A stretch of 64,000 bases of DNA from Escherichia coli (GCF_030384885.1 NZ_CP128613.1), one strand, 5' to 3'; shown: positions 33,990 to 43,736, counted from the stretch's first letter. Numbers and translations: made by a program. The notes: a model not told the origin generated them from the sequence alone.

Positions 33990-34298
33990 ATGGATTCTTA
34001 TGGGATTTTATCTGCTCTGGCAGAACGAACGATTACAGCGGAAGAAGCAAAAACAATGACACTTGCAGCCAGAAGTTCTTCGGCTCAGGTAAATGAAGCA
34101 TCACTTGCTCTGTTACTGATTGATAATACTCTGGATGCGATCAAAGCAGCTGCCAGTGAAGGGAAAGGATACACTTTACTTCCTTCTTATGAGATTTCTG
34201 TAAAAGCCATTGATTTAGCAGAAGAATTTTTAAGGAAACAATGCGGCTATGTTATTGATAACCAGAATGGCGTAAGGACGGTCTATTGGTTTATATGA
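33990..34298 (+). CDS. Prophage cargo: hypothetical 102-aa protein
   Basis: ORF after gIV, where Ff phages have only the non-coding intergenic region; no recognisable motif. Confidence 0.45.
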   Translation: MDSYGILSALAERTITAEEAKTMTLAARSSSAQVNEASLALLLIDNTLDAIKAAASEGKGYTLLPSYEISVKAIDLAEEFLRKQCGYVIDNQNGVRTVYWFI

Positions 34299-34415
34299 TA
34301 ACCCCGGACAATGACAAAACTTGCTTTTGTTAGTGTCAGGGGTTGGCCAAGCCGAACAATTCTGTTTTTTTAGCGTTATTGCTGATTCGGCGCGGCAGCA
34401 TTACGAGGAGATAAA

Positions 34416-34649
34416 ATGCAATTTTTCACATCCAGCGATACTGTAATGTTATGTGCGAAGACCTGCGATCGCTGTGGTCGCCATGCGAAGACGGTGGTAG
34501 ATGACATTGAGTTCAATGAGTTTCTGTCTGTTAATCACTTAGCTGGATACGGTTCAATTTTTGGTGACAGTAATCGCTTAAAACTGGATTTATGCCAACA
34601 TTGCCTGAAAGACGTCCTGGGCCAGTGGATTACGGTCTGTGACCAATGA
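34416..34649 (+). CDS. Prophage cargo: small zinc-ribbon protein (CxxC...CxxC)
   Basis: 77-aa ORF with CDRC ... CQHC cysteine pairs; RBS GAGGAG upstream. Confidence 0.5.
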   Translation: MQFFTSSDTVMLCAKTCDRCGRHAKTVVDDIEFNEFLSVNHLAGYGSIFGDSNRLKLDLCQHCLKDVLGQWITVCDQ

Positions 34650-34687
34650 CGGCACCGGTAACGCCAGTTCCCGCCATCCTTACCATT

Positions 34688-34701
34688 GGTGCGCATAATG
34701 T
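34688..34701. other. Inter-copy junction (reconstituted phage attP-like site)
   Basis: GGTGCGCATAATGT core flanked by phage sequence on both sides (...CCATCCTTACCATT | core | CAACGCGTTATGTTGAAAAGG). Confidence 0.7.
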
Positions 34702-34785
34702 CAACGCGTTATGTTGAAAAGGCCGCTGCGAAAATCGAATCCCGCAGCGGCCTCTTTAGCATAACGTCATTGTGCGAACCAATAG

Positions 34786-35715
34786 CTACTTTTTCGTATA
34801 ACTCTCTTCGCATTTAGCCAAAAACAGCAGATTAGTAGCGGTTAAATGAAGGGTATAACTCGCTAAATACTCAGGAACTTTTGTTATTTCTGCCCCTTGT
34901 CCATGTCCACCTTCTTTATTTCGAATGGTTGGAATACCACTCTCAAGTAGAATTCTTATTGAAGAAAATTGATTCTGGAGGTATTCAGGTACTAAATTAT
35001 TTGCCAAACAACTGTTAATTAGTTTTTTAGCTGTGTCAGTATCATTAAATTGCCAAGAATGTTTTTTATGTATGGCTTTCATTAGACTTTCAAAAGATTT
35101 GAGGCAATCATTTAAACATTCTTTATATCGCTGATGTCTATAATGCTCATGGGCGGATAAAAACTCATCGTTTGCTCCGTTATAACTCTTGTTCTTACCA
35201 AGAATCTGAAGCGTAGGCTTTACAACATCAGAATGAATGAATTGTGAGTCAACTTTAACCAACTCTCCTGACTCAAATTGATATCCAAGACCTGCTTCTT
35301 TAAACCTGATATTAAGTTCTTCAATAGCATCATCAGGACTTTGCTTTACTAACCCTCTGAATTTCCACTCATTTGATCTTATATACCCGTCTATCAGTTT
35401 GAAACATATCTCAATGATATCCAAGCATTTTTCATGATCTCTCTCAGCTAGGAAATAGTCAAAAATTGCCCCGAAATTCGATTCAGGATACTGTTTGAGA
35501 GAGAATACACCATATTCCTTACACAGCGTTTTATGAACGAGTCTGTAAAGCTTACTTGCTTCCGTTTCATAGTCACTATCTTCACCGATAGTATCTCTTA
35601 CAATATGAACAACCTGAACACGAAATGCATTTGGTATATTCGTGTATTGGTAAACATCAGCTACTTCACCTCTTAATTTTTTTTGTCTTTTTGAAAATAA
35701 TTCGAATATAGCCAA
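34786..35715 (-). CDS. Copy 2: putative HEPN/Abi_C-like protein
   Basis: Identical translation to 26211-27140 (offset +8575). Confidence 0.5.
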   Translation of the reverse strand: MAIFELFSKRQKKLRGEVADVYQYTNIPNAFRVQVVHIVRDTIGEDSDYETEASKLYRLVHKTLCKEYGVFSLKQYPESNFGAIFDYFLAERDHEKCLDIIEICFKLIDGYIRSNEWKFRGLVKQSPDDAIEELNIRFKEAGLGYQFESGELVKVDSQFIHSDVVKPTLQILGKNKSYNGANDEFLSAHEHYRHQRYKECLNDCLKSFESLMKAIHKKHSWQFNDTDTAKKLINSCLANNLVPEYLQNQFSSIRILLESGIPTIRNKEGGHGQGAEITKVPEYLASYTLHLTATNLLFLAKCEESYTKK

Positions 35716-35798
35716 TTTATAATCCTCAAAGATATGCCATTAATATGTCTGAGTTGATGAAAATCACACCGCTTTTACAGTCGTTTTCCACGGTGGAG

Positions 35799-36221
35799 TT
35801 ACCAGTAATATGAGTTTCTTCTGTGCCACCAATAAAGAAGTCCGTATCCAATGATAAGAATTCCGAAAAACATCAACGACATTCCCCAGCCAGTTCCGTA
35901 CCACGAAACCATATCATCGAAAACTAACCCACCCATTTCACGAACTCCGGCTGCTTCCTTAAGAATTGGTTTGAATACCGGAATCAGAAGGGCGATCGCA
36001 AGTGGAGCACCCCAGCGAACAAGACCAGTTTCCATTTTGATCCCGAAAAAGATCCCCGCACCGACAACAAGCAACCAGACTATCAGGCCAGGCGCAGTTT
36101 CTAGTGCTGTTTGCCATTCAACATCGAAAGTTTTCATTAGCCAGGCAACAACTGCCAGACAGAAAGCAAATACGCCTACAACAACCAGTTCAACGCCGCT
36201 TGTTTCGTTATTTCTACTCAT
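35799..36221 (-). CDS. Copy 2: small integral membrane protein
   Basis: Identical to 27224-27646 (offset +8575). Confidence 0.55.
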   Translation of the reverse strand: MSRNNETSGVELVVVGVFAFCLAVVAWLMKTFDVEWQTALETAPGLIVWLLVVGAGIFFGIKMETGLVRWGAPLAIALLIPVFKPILKEAAGVREMGGLVFDDMVSWYGTGWGMSLMFFGILIIGYGLLYWWHRRNSYYW

Positions 36222-36309
36222 CCTTTTGATCCTTTGTTGCTGTTCAAAATCCGCACAATAAAGAACGTGCAGTGTAGGTAATACTGCACGTTTGTACCAT
36301 TCGTGGTAC

Positions 36310-36492
36310 TTAATCCTTTTGTTTGGCAGACATGAGATCTTCTGCTGCATCTTTAGAGTAGTTATCAATCAGATAACCTAAAATCTCTGTCCATGTAATT
36401 GTTTTTCCTAGTTTTACACTGGCATTTATAGCCAGTCGTTCTAGTTTCATTTTTCTTTCTTCCGTCACGTTATAAGTCGTGCGCTTTGCCAT
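36310..36492 (-). CDS. Copy 2: small putative DNA-binding regulator
   Basis: Identical to 27735-27917 (offset +8575). Confidence 0.4.
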   Translation of the reverse strand: MAKRTTYNVTEERKMKLERLAINASVKLGKTITWTEILGYLIDNYSKDAAEDLMSAKQKD

Positions 36493-36539
36493 TTTTTACG
36501 CTCGTTCAATGCAATATTTGAAGTGAGTATACATGCTCA

Positions 36540-36620
36540 TGAACTCATATCATCCAAGCCTCTTGAACTCACTAGCTCACTGGTGTAATGTTTAAACACT
36601 AATGAACTACTGAACTCATG
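36540..36620. promoter_or_regulatory. Copy 2: TGAACTCA iteron/operator region
   Basis: Identical to 27965-28045 (offset +8575). Confidence 0.5.
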
Positions 36621-36661
36621 TGTTAGTAAGTCGTCATTTTTGTAATTTTGAGGATTTATTC

Positions 36662-37714
36662 GTGATCGATTGGCTTACCGGGATTTTCCCTTGCACACAC
36701 AAACCGCTTCCGGCGGGGAGTGTTGTCAGCGTTGATGCTGACGGTGCAATTGAGTGGGAAACCGTTAAGCGACTGACTGTTCGCGGTTCGCATGAAGCAA
36801 CGATGAAAGTACGATCGATAGGATCTAATGGCGAAGGTAAAGCGACACATTTGTACATTGATGGTAATCCTTCCAAGTTTCTGCAGGGGCATTCTGTTGT
36901 TGGGTCGGATGATATACAAGGGCTCATGTTGACGGTCTATGCCAGGATTTTATCCTTATTGAATATTCCTCATGATTTAGCGGCTTATAAAGCCGTTATG
37001 GCAGGTCAGTATAAAATTTCACGTATTGACATTAATTACATGTATTCATTATCTACGCTGGAAAATGTCAGATCATGGCTTTATGCCGCCGAATTTAAAG
37101 CTAAAACACGCCATGGTCGCGCATGTGGGAAAGGCGGTACAGTTTATTTAGGTAAAAACTCCCGTCGATGGAGTCTGAAATTTTATTCAAAATATGATGA
37201 ACACGTTTCTGGTAAAAAAGGGCACCAGATAGCCGAAGAGTTTGTACGAGCCGGGTTACTGGACTGGACGAAAGATAAATTACGTATTGAATTAACATTA
37301 AGAACAACTGAGCTTATTGATTTAAATTTAACGCTTGGCGCTAACTGGAATATGAAAACACCACGTCAATTATTCTCTGAATATGTAGGGAGAATAGAAA
37401 TGAATCAGAATGCTATTTTAAGTGATGAAAAAATAACGAAACTGCCAAGAAAAATACAGTCAACTTATTTACTTTGGAAACAAGGGGCTAACATGAAAGA
37501 AATGTTACCTCATAACACTTTTTATCGCCATAGAAGAGAATTGCTTTCGTTCGGTATCGATATTAATTTCTATTGTGATTCACCAGACTCTAATAACGTT
37601 GTTCCGCTAATAAGAACGCTGGAAGCCAAGCCAGCGGAAATCCCCTTATGGATTTATGAGAAAGGTTTTATTTTCGATTACAACCGTATTTCGCACGCCA
37701 GTAGCTGGCATTAA
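36662..37714 (+). CDS. Copy 2: replication initiation protein (gII-like)
   Basis: Identical to 28087-29139 (offset +8575). Confidence 0.75.
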   Translation: MIDWLTGIFPCTHKPLPAGSVVSVDADGAIEWETVKRLTVRGSHEATMKVRSIGSNGEGKATHLYIDGNPSKFLQGHSVVGSDDIQGLMLTVYARILSLLNIPHDLAAYKAVMAGQYKISRIDINYMYSLSTLENVRSWLYAAEFKAKTRHGRACGKGGTVYLGKNSRRWSLKFYSKYDEHVSGKKGHQIAEEFVRAGLLDWTKDKLRIELTLRTTELIDLNLTLGANWNMKTPRQLFSEYVGRIEMNQNAILSDEKITKLPRKIQSTYLLWKQGANMKEMLPHNTFYRHRRELLSFGIDINFYCDSPDSNNVVPLIRTLEAKPAEIPLWIYEKGFIFDYNRISHASSWH

Positions 37715-37725
37715 AGGAAAGTAAT

Positions 37726-38043
37726 ATGTCTAATTATGGTCTTTTCGTTAAGGGTAAAATGTTGGGAGCCCGCCAACGTAATAAAGTTAATGGTCAGGGC
37801 TATTATAATGAAATTGGTATTGGCCTTGAAATACCTGATGGTTTTGGTGGTACAAAGCAGGATCAAATTATTATTCGAGTTTCTCAGGCTCTCGTTAACG
37901 CAGGTCTAATGAACCAGGCGAATGCTTTCATTGGGAAATTAGTTCAAATTCCTGTCTATGTCCGTGCGTGGTCAATGGAGGGTAGGGAAGGTGTAACTTA
38001 TAATGTTTCTTCCGATGGTGGCATCGCAGAGATCAAAGGTTAA
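37726..38043 (+). CDS. Copy 2: ssDNA-binding protein (gV-like)
   Basis: Identical to 29151-29468 (offset +8575). Confidence 0.65.
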   Translation: MSNYGLFVKGKMLGARQRNKVNGQGYYNEIGIGLEIPDGFGGTKQDQIIIRVSQALVNAGLMNQANAFIGKLVQIPVYVRAWSMEGREGVTYNVSSDGGIAEIKG

Positions 38044-38045
38044 AT

Positions 38046-38132
38046 ATGGACGATGTTATTCAAATTTTGATAGCGTCTGGCATCGTTATTTCTTTTGGCC
38101 TCGGCGCGATTACTGCGGGGGTCTTTCGTTAA
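38046..38132 (+). CDS. Copy 2: gVII-like minor coat protein
   Basis: Identical to 29471-29557 (offset +8575). Confidence 0.65.
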   Translation: MDDVIQILIASGIVISFGLGAITAGVFR

Positions 38133-38227
38133 TGTATATCGTTTATTTCTTCGGGGCTTATACCTTTGGTTTTGCCCTTTTCTATGCGGTCGGTTCATTT
38201 AAATCATTTTCTGACCGATTAATGTAA
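38132..38227 (+). CDS. Copy 2: gIX-like minor coat protein
   Basis: Identical to 29557-29652 (offset +8575). Confidence 0.6.
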   Translation: MYIVYFFGAYTFGFALFYAVGSFKSFSDRLM

Positions 38228-38246
38228 CCTTAATGGAGTTATTCCT

Positions 38247-38489
38247 ATGAAAATTCTGTCTACTGTTAAATATAAAGTTGCTCTGGCTTCAACTGCGCTT
38301 TTTATTTCTGCAAGTTCTTTTGCGGCTGAAGGCGCTACAGGTGGTACTGATTATGCAGGCCAGGCAATGGATGCTTTGTTGACTCAGGCAAATGATCTCA
38401 TTGGTAAAGTATGGCCTGTTGTTGTGGCTGTGGTTGGCGCTGGGCTTGCCATTCGTATTTTCAAAAAATTCTCTTCAAAAGCGGTTTGA
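38247..38489 (+). CDS. Copy 2: major coat protein (gVIII-like)
   Basis: Identical to 29672-29914 (offset +8575). Confidence 0.9.
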   Translation: MKILSTVKYKVALASTALFISASSFAAEGATGGTDYAGQAMDALLTQANDLIGKVWPVVVAVVGAGLAIRIFKKFSSKAV

Positions 38490-38535
38490 ATTTCACTCAG
38501 GGGCACTCGTTGCCCCTTTATTAAAGCGGGTTACT

Positions 38536-39786
38536 ATGAAAAGGAAAATATTAATTCTTTCCGCTGTCCTCATTTCTCCTTTTTCACATGCTGAGTCATG
38601 GGAAAGCATTACTAAATCCACTTATCAAAGTTCTGCCTATGCTGAAAGTAAGCAAATAACCAATCAGGATGGCTCTAAGATAACGGTTTACTATATTGAT
38701 GCTGCTATGCAGGCCTCCGCTTGTCAGGGTGCTAAATCCAGTGCTCAGAGTGTATTTACTCGGATTAAACCAACTTATGAGGGTATCTGGCCTGATTCTG
38801 AATTCCGTCTTGTTTTTACTGGCGATTGTACTTACAGCGATTCACCAGGGCAGAAGGATAAATATTGGTCTTTAACGGCTTATATTGTTGGTAATATTCA
38901 GCGTTCTGTTCCTGATGAAAAACCTACTGACCCGACACCAGAAGAAATTTGTGAAGCGAAGCCGCCAGAAGAAGGTGTATTTAATAATGTTGATTCATAT
39001 GATGGTGGTCGCTATATCTACTATAACGGCTGTGAATATGAGGCTACTGGTGTCATTGTTTGTCAGGGTGATGGTACTGTTTGCGCTGCAACATGGAAGC
39101 CTACAGGTGCTGTAGCTGACCCCTCTGATAAACCCTCAACCCCCCAAAATGGTGGTGGTGAGTCTGGCGGTGGTGAGTCCGGCGGTGGTGAGTCCGGTGG
39201 TGGTGAGTCTGGCGGTGGTGAGTCCGGTGGCGGTAGTTCTGGCGGTGGCTCTAGTGGTTCCAGTCTTTCTAAAGGTGATATTCAGTCTGCGATCGAAGGT
39301 GCTTCACCCAAAATAGCCAGCGATATTCATGATAAATTAACGGAGAAAGACACTTCATCAGATGATAAAAAAAATGCCGATGAACAAACCAGGAATAATA
39401 TAAATCGTCTTGACGATTCCATTAACAATCTTACGCGGGGGGCTGGCCGTTTTGCTGACCCTTCAGGTGGTGATTCTCGTTATGGAAAGGGCGACTCTGA
39501 ATTAGATGGCGCTTCTACTTTAGCTGATTCTGAATTGGGAATTGAAAAGGATTCTCACGGTGCTTTATGGGAAGCATTTTTAAATAAAGGTGCTATGCTG
39601 CCTAATTTACCCAATGGTAACGGCTGCTCTGATTTTATTATTTTTCCCGGAGAGGTTTATCAGATTGATATTGGTTGCGATAAATTACTGACTATTAAAG
39701 ATGTTCTTTCATGGGTTTTTTATTGCCTTACGTTCTGGTATGTCTTTACTTCTTTAACTTCATTGCTTCGCAAAGGGGGTGAGTGA
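38536..39786 (+). CDS. Copy 2: adsorption protein (gIII-like)
   Basis: Identical to 29961-31211 (offset +8575). Confidence 0.85.
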   Translation: MKRKILILSAVLISPFSHAESWESITKSTYQSSAYAESKQITNQDGSKITVYYIDAAMQASACQGAKSSAQSVFTRIKPTYEGIWPDSEFRLVFTGDCTYSDSPGQKDKYWSLTAYIVGNIQRSVPDEKPTDPTPEEICEAKPPEEGVFNNVDSYDGGRYIYYNGCEYEATGVIVCQGDGTVCAATWKPTGAVADPSDKPSTPQNGGGESGGGESGGGESGGGESGGGESGGGSSGGGSSGSSLSKGDIQSAIEGASPKIASDIHDKLTEKDTSSDDKKNADEQTRNNINRLDDSINNLTRGAGRFADPSGGDSRYGKGDSELDGASTLADSELGIEKDSHGALWEAFLNKGAMLPNLPNGNGCSDFIIFPGEVYQIDIGCDKLLTIKDVLSWVFYCLTFWYVFTSLTSLLRKGGE

Positions 39787-40127
39787 TGCCTTTATTATTA
39801 GGTATTCCTGCATTGTTGCGTTTTCTTATTGGTCTTGTTCCTTTGTTTATTGGCTATGTGGCGAGTTTTTTAGCTCGACTTGCTACCAGAACAGGATTAA
39901 TTGCCTTTGCATTGGTCGCATTAATTACAACAACTGTTACGCTTTTAATGCAGTACCTTGCTGAGGTCATGTATAACGGTTTACCTGCTGATTTCTCCCA
40001 TTTAATGGCGTCTGTATTGCCTGACCATTTTCAGGCGTGTGTTAACGTTATTATGGTTACTCGTATCAGTGTTTTTGTTTTCGATTTAAAACAAAAATTT
40101 CTTGATTATGCAAACAGGGTGATTTAA
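39786..40127 (+). CDS. Copy 2: gVI-like minor coat protein
   Basis: Identical to 31211-31552 (offset +8575). Confidence 0.85.
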   Translation: MPLLLGIPALLRFLIGLVPLFIGYVASFLARLATRTGLIAFALVALITTTVTLLMQYLAEVMYNGLPADFSHLMASVLPDHFQACVNVIMVTRISVFVFDLKQKFLDYANRVI

Positions 40128-41222
40128 ATGGCGGTTTATGTAGTAACAGGCAAATTAGGCTCAGGCAAGACACTTGTTAGTGTTTCCAGAATACAGGAAA
40201 GACTTGCTAAGGGTTGTCCTGTTGCCACTAATCTTGATCTTAAATTGCATAATATGCCTATGGTTGGGCGTTATGCGAAAAAAACGCGCGTTATTCGCAT
40301 TCCTGACAAACCTTCATTAAATGATTTACTTGCTATTGGTACTGGGAATACATCTTACGATGAATCCCGTAATGGCCTCCTTGTACTTGATGAATGTGGT
40401 ACTTGGTTTAATTCCCGCTCATGGGGTGATAAAGACAGGCAACCTGTTATTGACTGGTTTTTACATGCCAGAAAATTAGGCTGGGATATTATATTTTTGA
40501 TTCAGGATATTTCGATAATGGATAAGCAAGCTCGTCTGGCGCTTGCTGAGCATGTTGTTTATTGTCGCCGTTCAGATAAATTAAACATTCCTTTTGTTGG
40601 CTCCATTATGAATTTGGTTTCAGGGGCGAGATTTTCTTTACCAAAGGTACACTTTGGCATTGTCAAATATGGTGATAATGTTAATTCAATCACTGTTGAT
40701 AAATGGATATATACAGGAAAATCTCTTTATTCTGCTTACAATACCAAACAAGCGTTCACAGATAATTATCCTCATGGCGCATTTTCGCTTTTGCCACCAT
40801 TTATCACGCACGGTCAATTTTCTGTTCACAGAGGATTTAATTATTATATGCGCCTCACTAAAATTTATTTTCGCAAATCGAACCGTCTTATATTAATGCT
40901 TTCTTTTTTGGCGCTGGGGCTTGCGTTTGGTTTCTGGCTCCAGTCTGGAAAGAATGTTGATGAAATCTCAGCTATTAAATCTGCTTATGCTGAACAGGCG
41001 AGGGCGGTAACGCCTGATTCGTCCAGTGACTTACCCCGACTTTCTATTAATTCTTTTTCACAACTTGGCTTTGACGTTTCCGTTACGTTTGTTGATGCAA
41101 AAGGTATGAAATATCAGTATTTTGATTTGATTAAAGATGGTTATTCCGTTGATATTAAAGATGCCTGTCGTGTTGTTATTAGAAAAGGCCGTTATTTACA
41201 GACTGTTACCTGTCAGGAGTAA
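40128..41222 (+). CDS. Copy 2: assembly ATPase (gI/Zot-like)
   Basis: Identical to 31553-32647 (offset +8575). Confidence 0.9.
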   Translation: MAVYVVTGKLGSGKTLVSVSRIQERLAKGCPVATNLDLKLHNMPMVGRYAKKTRVIRIPDKPSLNDLLAIGTGNTSYDESRNGLLVLDECGTWFNSRSWGDKDRQPVIDWFLHARKLGWDIIFLIQDISIMDKQARLALAEHVVYCRRSDKLNIPFVGSIMNLVSGARFSLPKVHFGIVKYGDNVNSITVDKWIYTGKSLYSAYNTKQAFTDNYPHGAFSLLPPFITHGQFSVHRGFNYYMRLTKIYFRKSNRLILMLSFLALGLAFGFWLQSGKNVDEISAIKSAYAEQARAVTPDSSSDLPRLSINSFSQLGFDVSVTFVDAKGMKYQYFDLIKDGYSVDIKDACRVVIRKGRYLQTVTCQE

Positions 41223-41229
41223 TATTATT

Positions 41230-42495
41230 ATGCGCTCTGTTATTGTTGCTTTTTTATTTGCCTGTTCATTCTGCGTTTCTGCTGAAACTGTTAATTTAAA
41301 TAATTCATCTGTTCGCTCATTTGTTCAGTGGTATTCTTCAAAAACTGGCAAGCCTGTTATTGTTAATCCTGATATTAAAGGAAACGTAACCGTATTTAAT
41401 GCTGATGTTAATCCAGCAAATATTGATGATTTCTTTAAGTCTGTTCTGAATGCTAACGGTTTTGTCATGCTTTCTGGCAATCCTGCGGTAGTCTCTTTGC
41501 CGTCTAAATTACCTTCACAGATGGTTTCGGATTCCGATGATTCTGATAACCAGTCTTATGATACTTTTCCTTCTGAGCCATCTTACCAGCCAGTACCTGT
41601 GGCGCTTACGGTCAGAAATTTTAAGCTGACAAAAGTTAGATCGTCCGATGTTCAGCAACTGATTAAAATTTATCTTGATTCTAATGGTGGTGGTAATGTC
41701 GTGGATTATCCAGGCAATAACTCGCTGATTGTTTCTGCGCCTGACGAGCTGCTGCCGGTTCTGTCCGATTTTATCAATTCTGTGGATGTTGCCCGCGATC
41801 AGGTTCTCATTCAGTCGCTGATGTTTGAAACCAGCTTGTCTGATGGCGTTGATTTATCGTTTGCGGCAGGTTCTGCATCCGGTCATAAGGTTGCGGGGGG
41901 CTTTAATACTTCTGCACTGGGTAGCGCTCTTTCTACGGCGGGCGGTTCTTTTGGTATTTTTGATGGTAACGTGTTGGCGCTGTCTCTGCGTGCTGTCCAG
42001 AGTAATTCACGCTCTAAGGTGATTTCAACGCCGCGTATTCTTACTCAGTCTGGTCAGACTGGTTACATTTCCGTAGGTAAGAATGTGCCGTTTATCACCG
42101 GAAAGGTAACGGGCGAATCTGCCGGGGTAAATAATCCGTTTCAGACTATCGAGCGTCATGATGTTGGCGTTTCTCTCAAGGTAACGCCTGTTGTCATGGG
42201 TAACGGGCAACTAGTTCTGACTATCGACACTCGCGCTGATTCAATCAGCAATGATGATCAGGCATCCGATATTATTACTAATCAGCGCCAGATTCAGACG
42301 ACAGTCCAGATTAAGGATGGTCAGACGTTGTTATTGGGAGGGCTTATCGATTCATCGTTCAGCAATGCCGAGCGTTCAGTTCCAGTTATAAGTAAAATTC
42401 CTCTTATAGGCTGGATTTTCAGTAGCAAGGCAGACAGCAATGAACAGCGTATTATGTATATTTTGCTTACAGCACATATCATTCGTCCACTTTGA
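41230..42495 (+). CDS. Copy 2: secretin (gIV-like)
   Basis: Identical to 32655-33920 (offset +8575). Confidence 0.9.
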   Translation: MRSVIVAFLFACSFCVSAETVNLNNSSVRSFVQWYSSKTGKPVIVNPDIKGNVTVFNADVNPANIDDFFKSVLNANGFVMLSGNPAVVSLPSKLPSQMVSDSDDSDNQSYDTFPSEPSYQPVPVALTVRNFKLTKVRSSDVQQLIKIYLDSNGGGNVVDYPGNNSLIVSAPDELLPVLSDFINSVDVARDQVLIQSLMFETSLSDGVDLSFAAGSASGHKVAGGFNTSALGSALSTAGGSFGIFDGNVLALSLRAVQSNSRSKVISTPRILTQSGQTGYISVGKNVPFITGKVTGESAGVNNPFQTIERHDVGVSLKVTPVVMGNGQLVLTIDTRADSISNDDQASDIITNQRQIQTTVQIKDGQTLLLGGLIDSSFSNAERSVPVISKIPLIGWIFSSKADSNEQRIMYILLTAHIIRPL

Positions 42496-42537
42496 TGGAT
42501 AGCGGGTAGGTGCGTGAGCCCTGCTCGCTATCCATCA
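42493..42537 (+). other. Copy 2: stem-loop after gIV
   Basis: Identical to 33918-33962 (offset +8575). Confidence 0.5.
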
Positions 42538-42564
42538 AATGGACATTATTGATTGGGGTAACTA

Positions 42565-42873
42565 ATGGATTCTTATGGGATTTTATCTGCTCTGGCAGAA
42601 CGAACGATTACAGCGGAAGAAGCAAAAACAATGACACTTGCAGCCAGAAGTTCTTCGGCTCAGGTAAATGAAGCATCACTTGCTCTGTTACTGATTGATA
42701 ATACTCTGGATGCGATCAAAGCAGCTGCCAGTGAAGGGAAAGGATACACTTTACTTCCTTCTTATGAGATTTCTGTAAAAGCCATTGATTTAGCAGAAGA
42801 ATTTTTAAGGAAACAATGCGGCTATGTTATTGATAACCAGAATGGCGTAAGGACGGTCTATTGGTTTATATGA
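42565..42873 (+). CDS. Copy 2: hypothetical 102-aa cargo protein
   Basis: Identical to 33990-34298 (offset +8575). Confidence 0.45.
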   Translation: MDSYGILSALAERTITAEEAKTMTLAARSSSAQVNEASLALLLIDNTLDAIKAAASEGKGYTLLPSYEISVKAIDLAEEFLRKQCGYVIDNQNGVRTVYWFI

Positions 42874-42990
42874 TAACCCCGGACAATGACAAAACTTGCT
42901 TTTGTTAGTGTCAGGGGTTGGCCAAGCCGAACAATTCTGTTTTTTTAGCGTTATTGCTGATTCGGCGCGGCAGCATTACGAGGAGATAAA

Positions 42991-43224
42991 ATGCAATTTT
43001 TCACATCCAGCGATACTGTAATGTTATGTGCGAAGACCTGCGATCGCTGTGGTCGCCATGCGAAGACGGTGGTAGATGACATTGAGTTCAATGAGTTTCT
43101 GTCTGTTAATCACTTAGCTGGATACGGTTCAATTTTTGGTGACAGTAATCGCTTAAAACTGGATTTATGCCAACATTGCCTGAAAGACGTCCTGGGCCAG
43201 TGGATTACGGTCTGTGACCAATGA
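42991..43224 (+). CDS. Copy 2: zinc-ribbon cargo protein
   Basis: Identical to 34416-34649 (offset +8575). Confidence 0.5.
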   Translation: MQFFTSSDTVMLCAKTCDRCGRHAKTVVDDIEFNEFLSVNHLAGYGSIFGDSNRLKLDLCQHCLKDVLGQWITVCDQ

Positions 43225-43262
43225 CGGCACCGGTAACGCCAGTTCCCGCCATCCTTACCATT

Positions 43263-43290
43263 GGTGCGCATAATGTATATTATGTTAAAT
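43263..43290. other. dif: Chromosomal dif site (XerC/XerD dimer-resolution site), intact
   Basis: Exact match to the E. coli dif consensus GGTGCGCATAATGTATATTATGTTAAAT, read directly; forms the right prophage junction. Confidence 0.9.
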
Positions 43291-43295
43291 AGCCT

Positions 43296-43736
43296 ATGAT
43301 GGTAAACAACTTCATATCTCTCCATTGCCTCTCACGAAAGGAACTGGACACACTGATCGAGCACGAATTACAACTGATACTGGCTGAAGGCTTTGACAAG
43401 TCCCCTATTTCCGCCAAGGCCCTGCATATTCGGCTCAAGGCAAAAGGTATCGTTAACGGTGGTTTAAGTACGCTGAGCAGCCTTGAGCGAAAACGCCTAA
43501 TTGCTGCCTATGTTGATCAGCAACTTGGCCCGTTGAATCTACGCCCAAAAGAAAAACAGCAATACGTCAACCGCAAAACCCGTCAGGCCTTGCTGGCCAG
43601 AAACCAGCAGTTGCAGGCGGAAGTCAGTGAACTGCAAGACCAACTGGCGCAGAATACCCTATCGTTGATAGAAATTGTCAAAGCGGTAAAAATCAATACG
43701 GTTATTCCGGTGGAAAGTCTGTTGCCAAACATGTAA
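43296..43736 (+). CDS. Hypothetical coiled-coil protein adjacent to dif
   Basis: 146-aa ORF starting 6 bp after dif; the C-terminal half is heptad-like and Q/L-rich (NRKTRQALLARNQQLQAEVSELQDQLAQNTLSLIEIVKAV). No recognisable family. Confidence 0.45.
   Translation: MMVNNFISLHCLSRKELDTLIEHELQLILAEGFDKSPISAKALHIRLKAKGIVNGGLSTLSSLERKRLIAAYVDQQLGPLNLRPKEKQQYVNRKTRQALLARNQQLQAEVSELQDQLAQNTLSLIEIVKAVKINTVIPVESLLPNM

Larger units (their letters stand above)
26113..34687 (+). mobile_element. Filamentous (Inoviridae, Ff/IKe-like) prophage, copy 1, integrated at dif
   Basis: Complete gII-gV-gVII-gIX-gVIII-gIII-gVI-gI-gIV gene order with recognisable similarity to M13 proteins; no integrase; flanked by dif-like sites. 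Confidence 0.85.
26113..43262. repeat. Tandem direct duplication, 2 x 8,575 bp (prophage copies 1 and 2)
   Basis: Every ORF between 26211 and 34649 recurs with an identical protein translation at offset +8575 (ORF track), and the core GGTGCGCATAATGT recurs at 26113, 34688 and 43263. Confidence 0.9.
34688..43262 (+). mobile_element. Filamentous (Inoviridae, Ff/IKe-like) prophage, copy 2
   Basis: Repeat of copy 1 at +8575 bp, abutting the intact chromosomal dif at 43263-43290. Confidence 0.85.

Noticed and set aside
26113-43262. Tandem duplication as an assembly artefact
   Set aside because: Cannot be excluded from sequence alone, but the three junctions are distinct and internally consistent (chromosome/phage, phage/phage, phage/dif), as expected for a genuine Xer-mediated tandem array; kept as real with this caveat.
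43110-43325. 71-aa minus-strand ORF spanning the dif site
   Set aside because: Runs across dif and antisense into the zinc-ribbon gene; no RBS; incompatible with dif being a protein-free recombination site.
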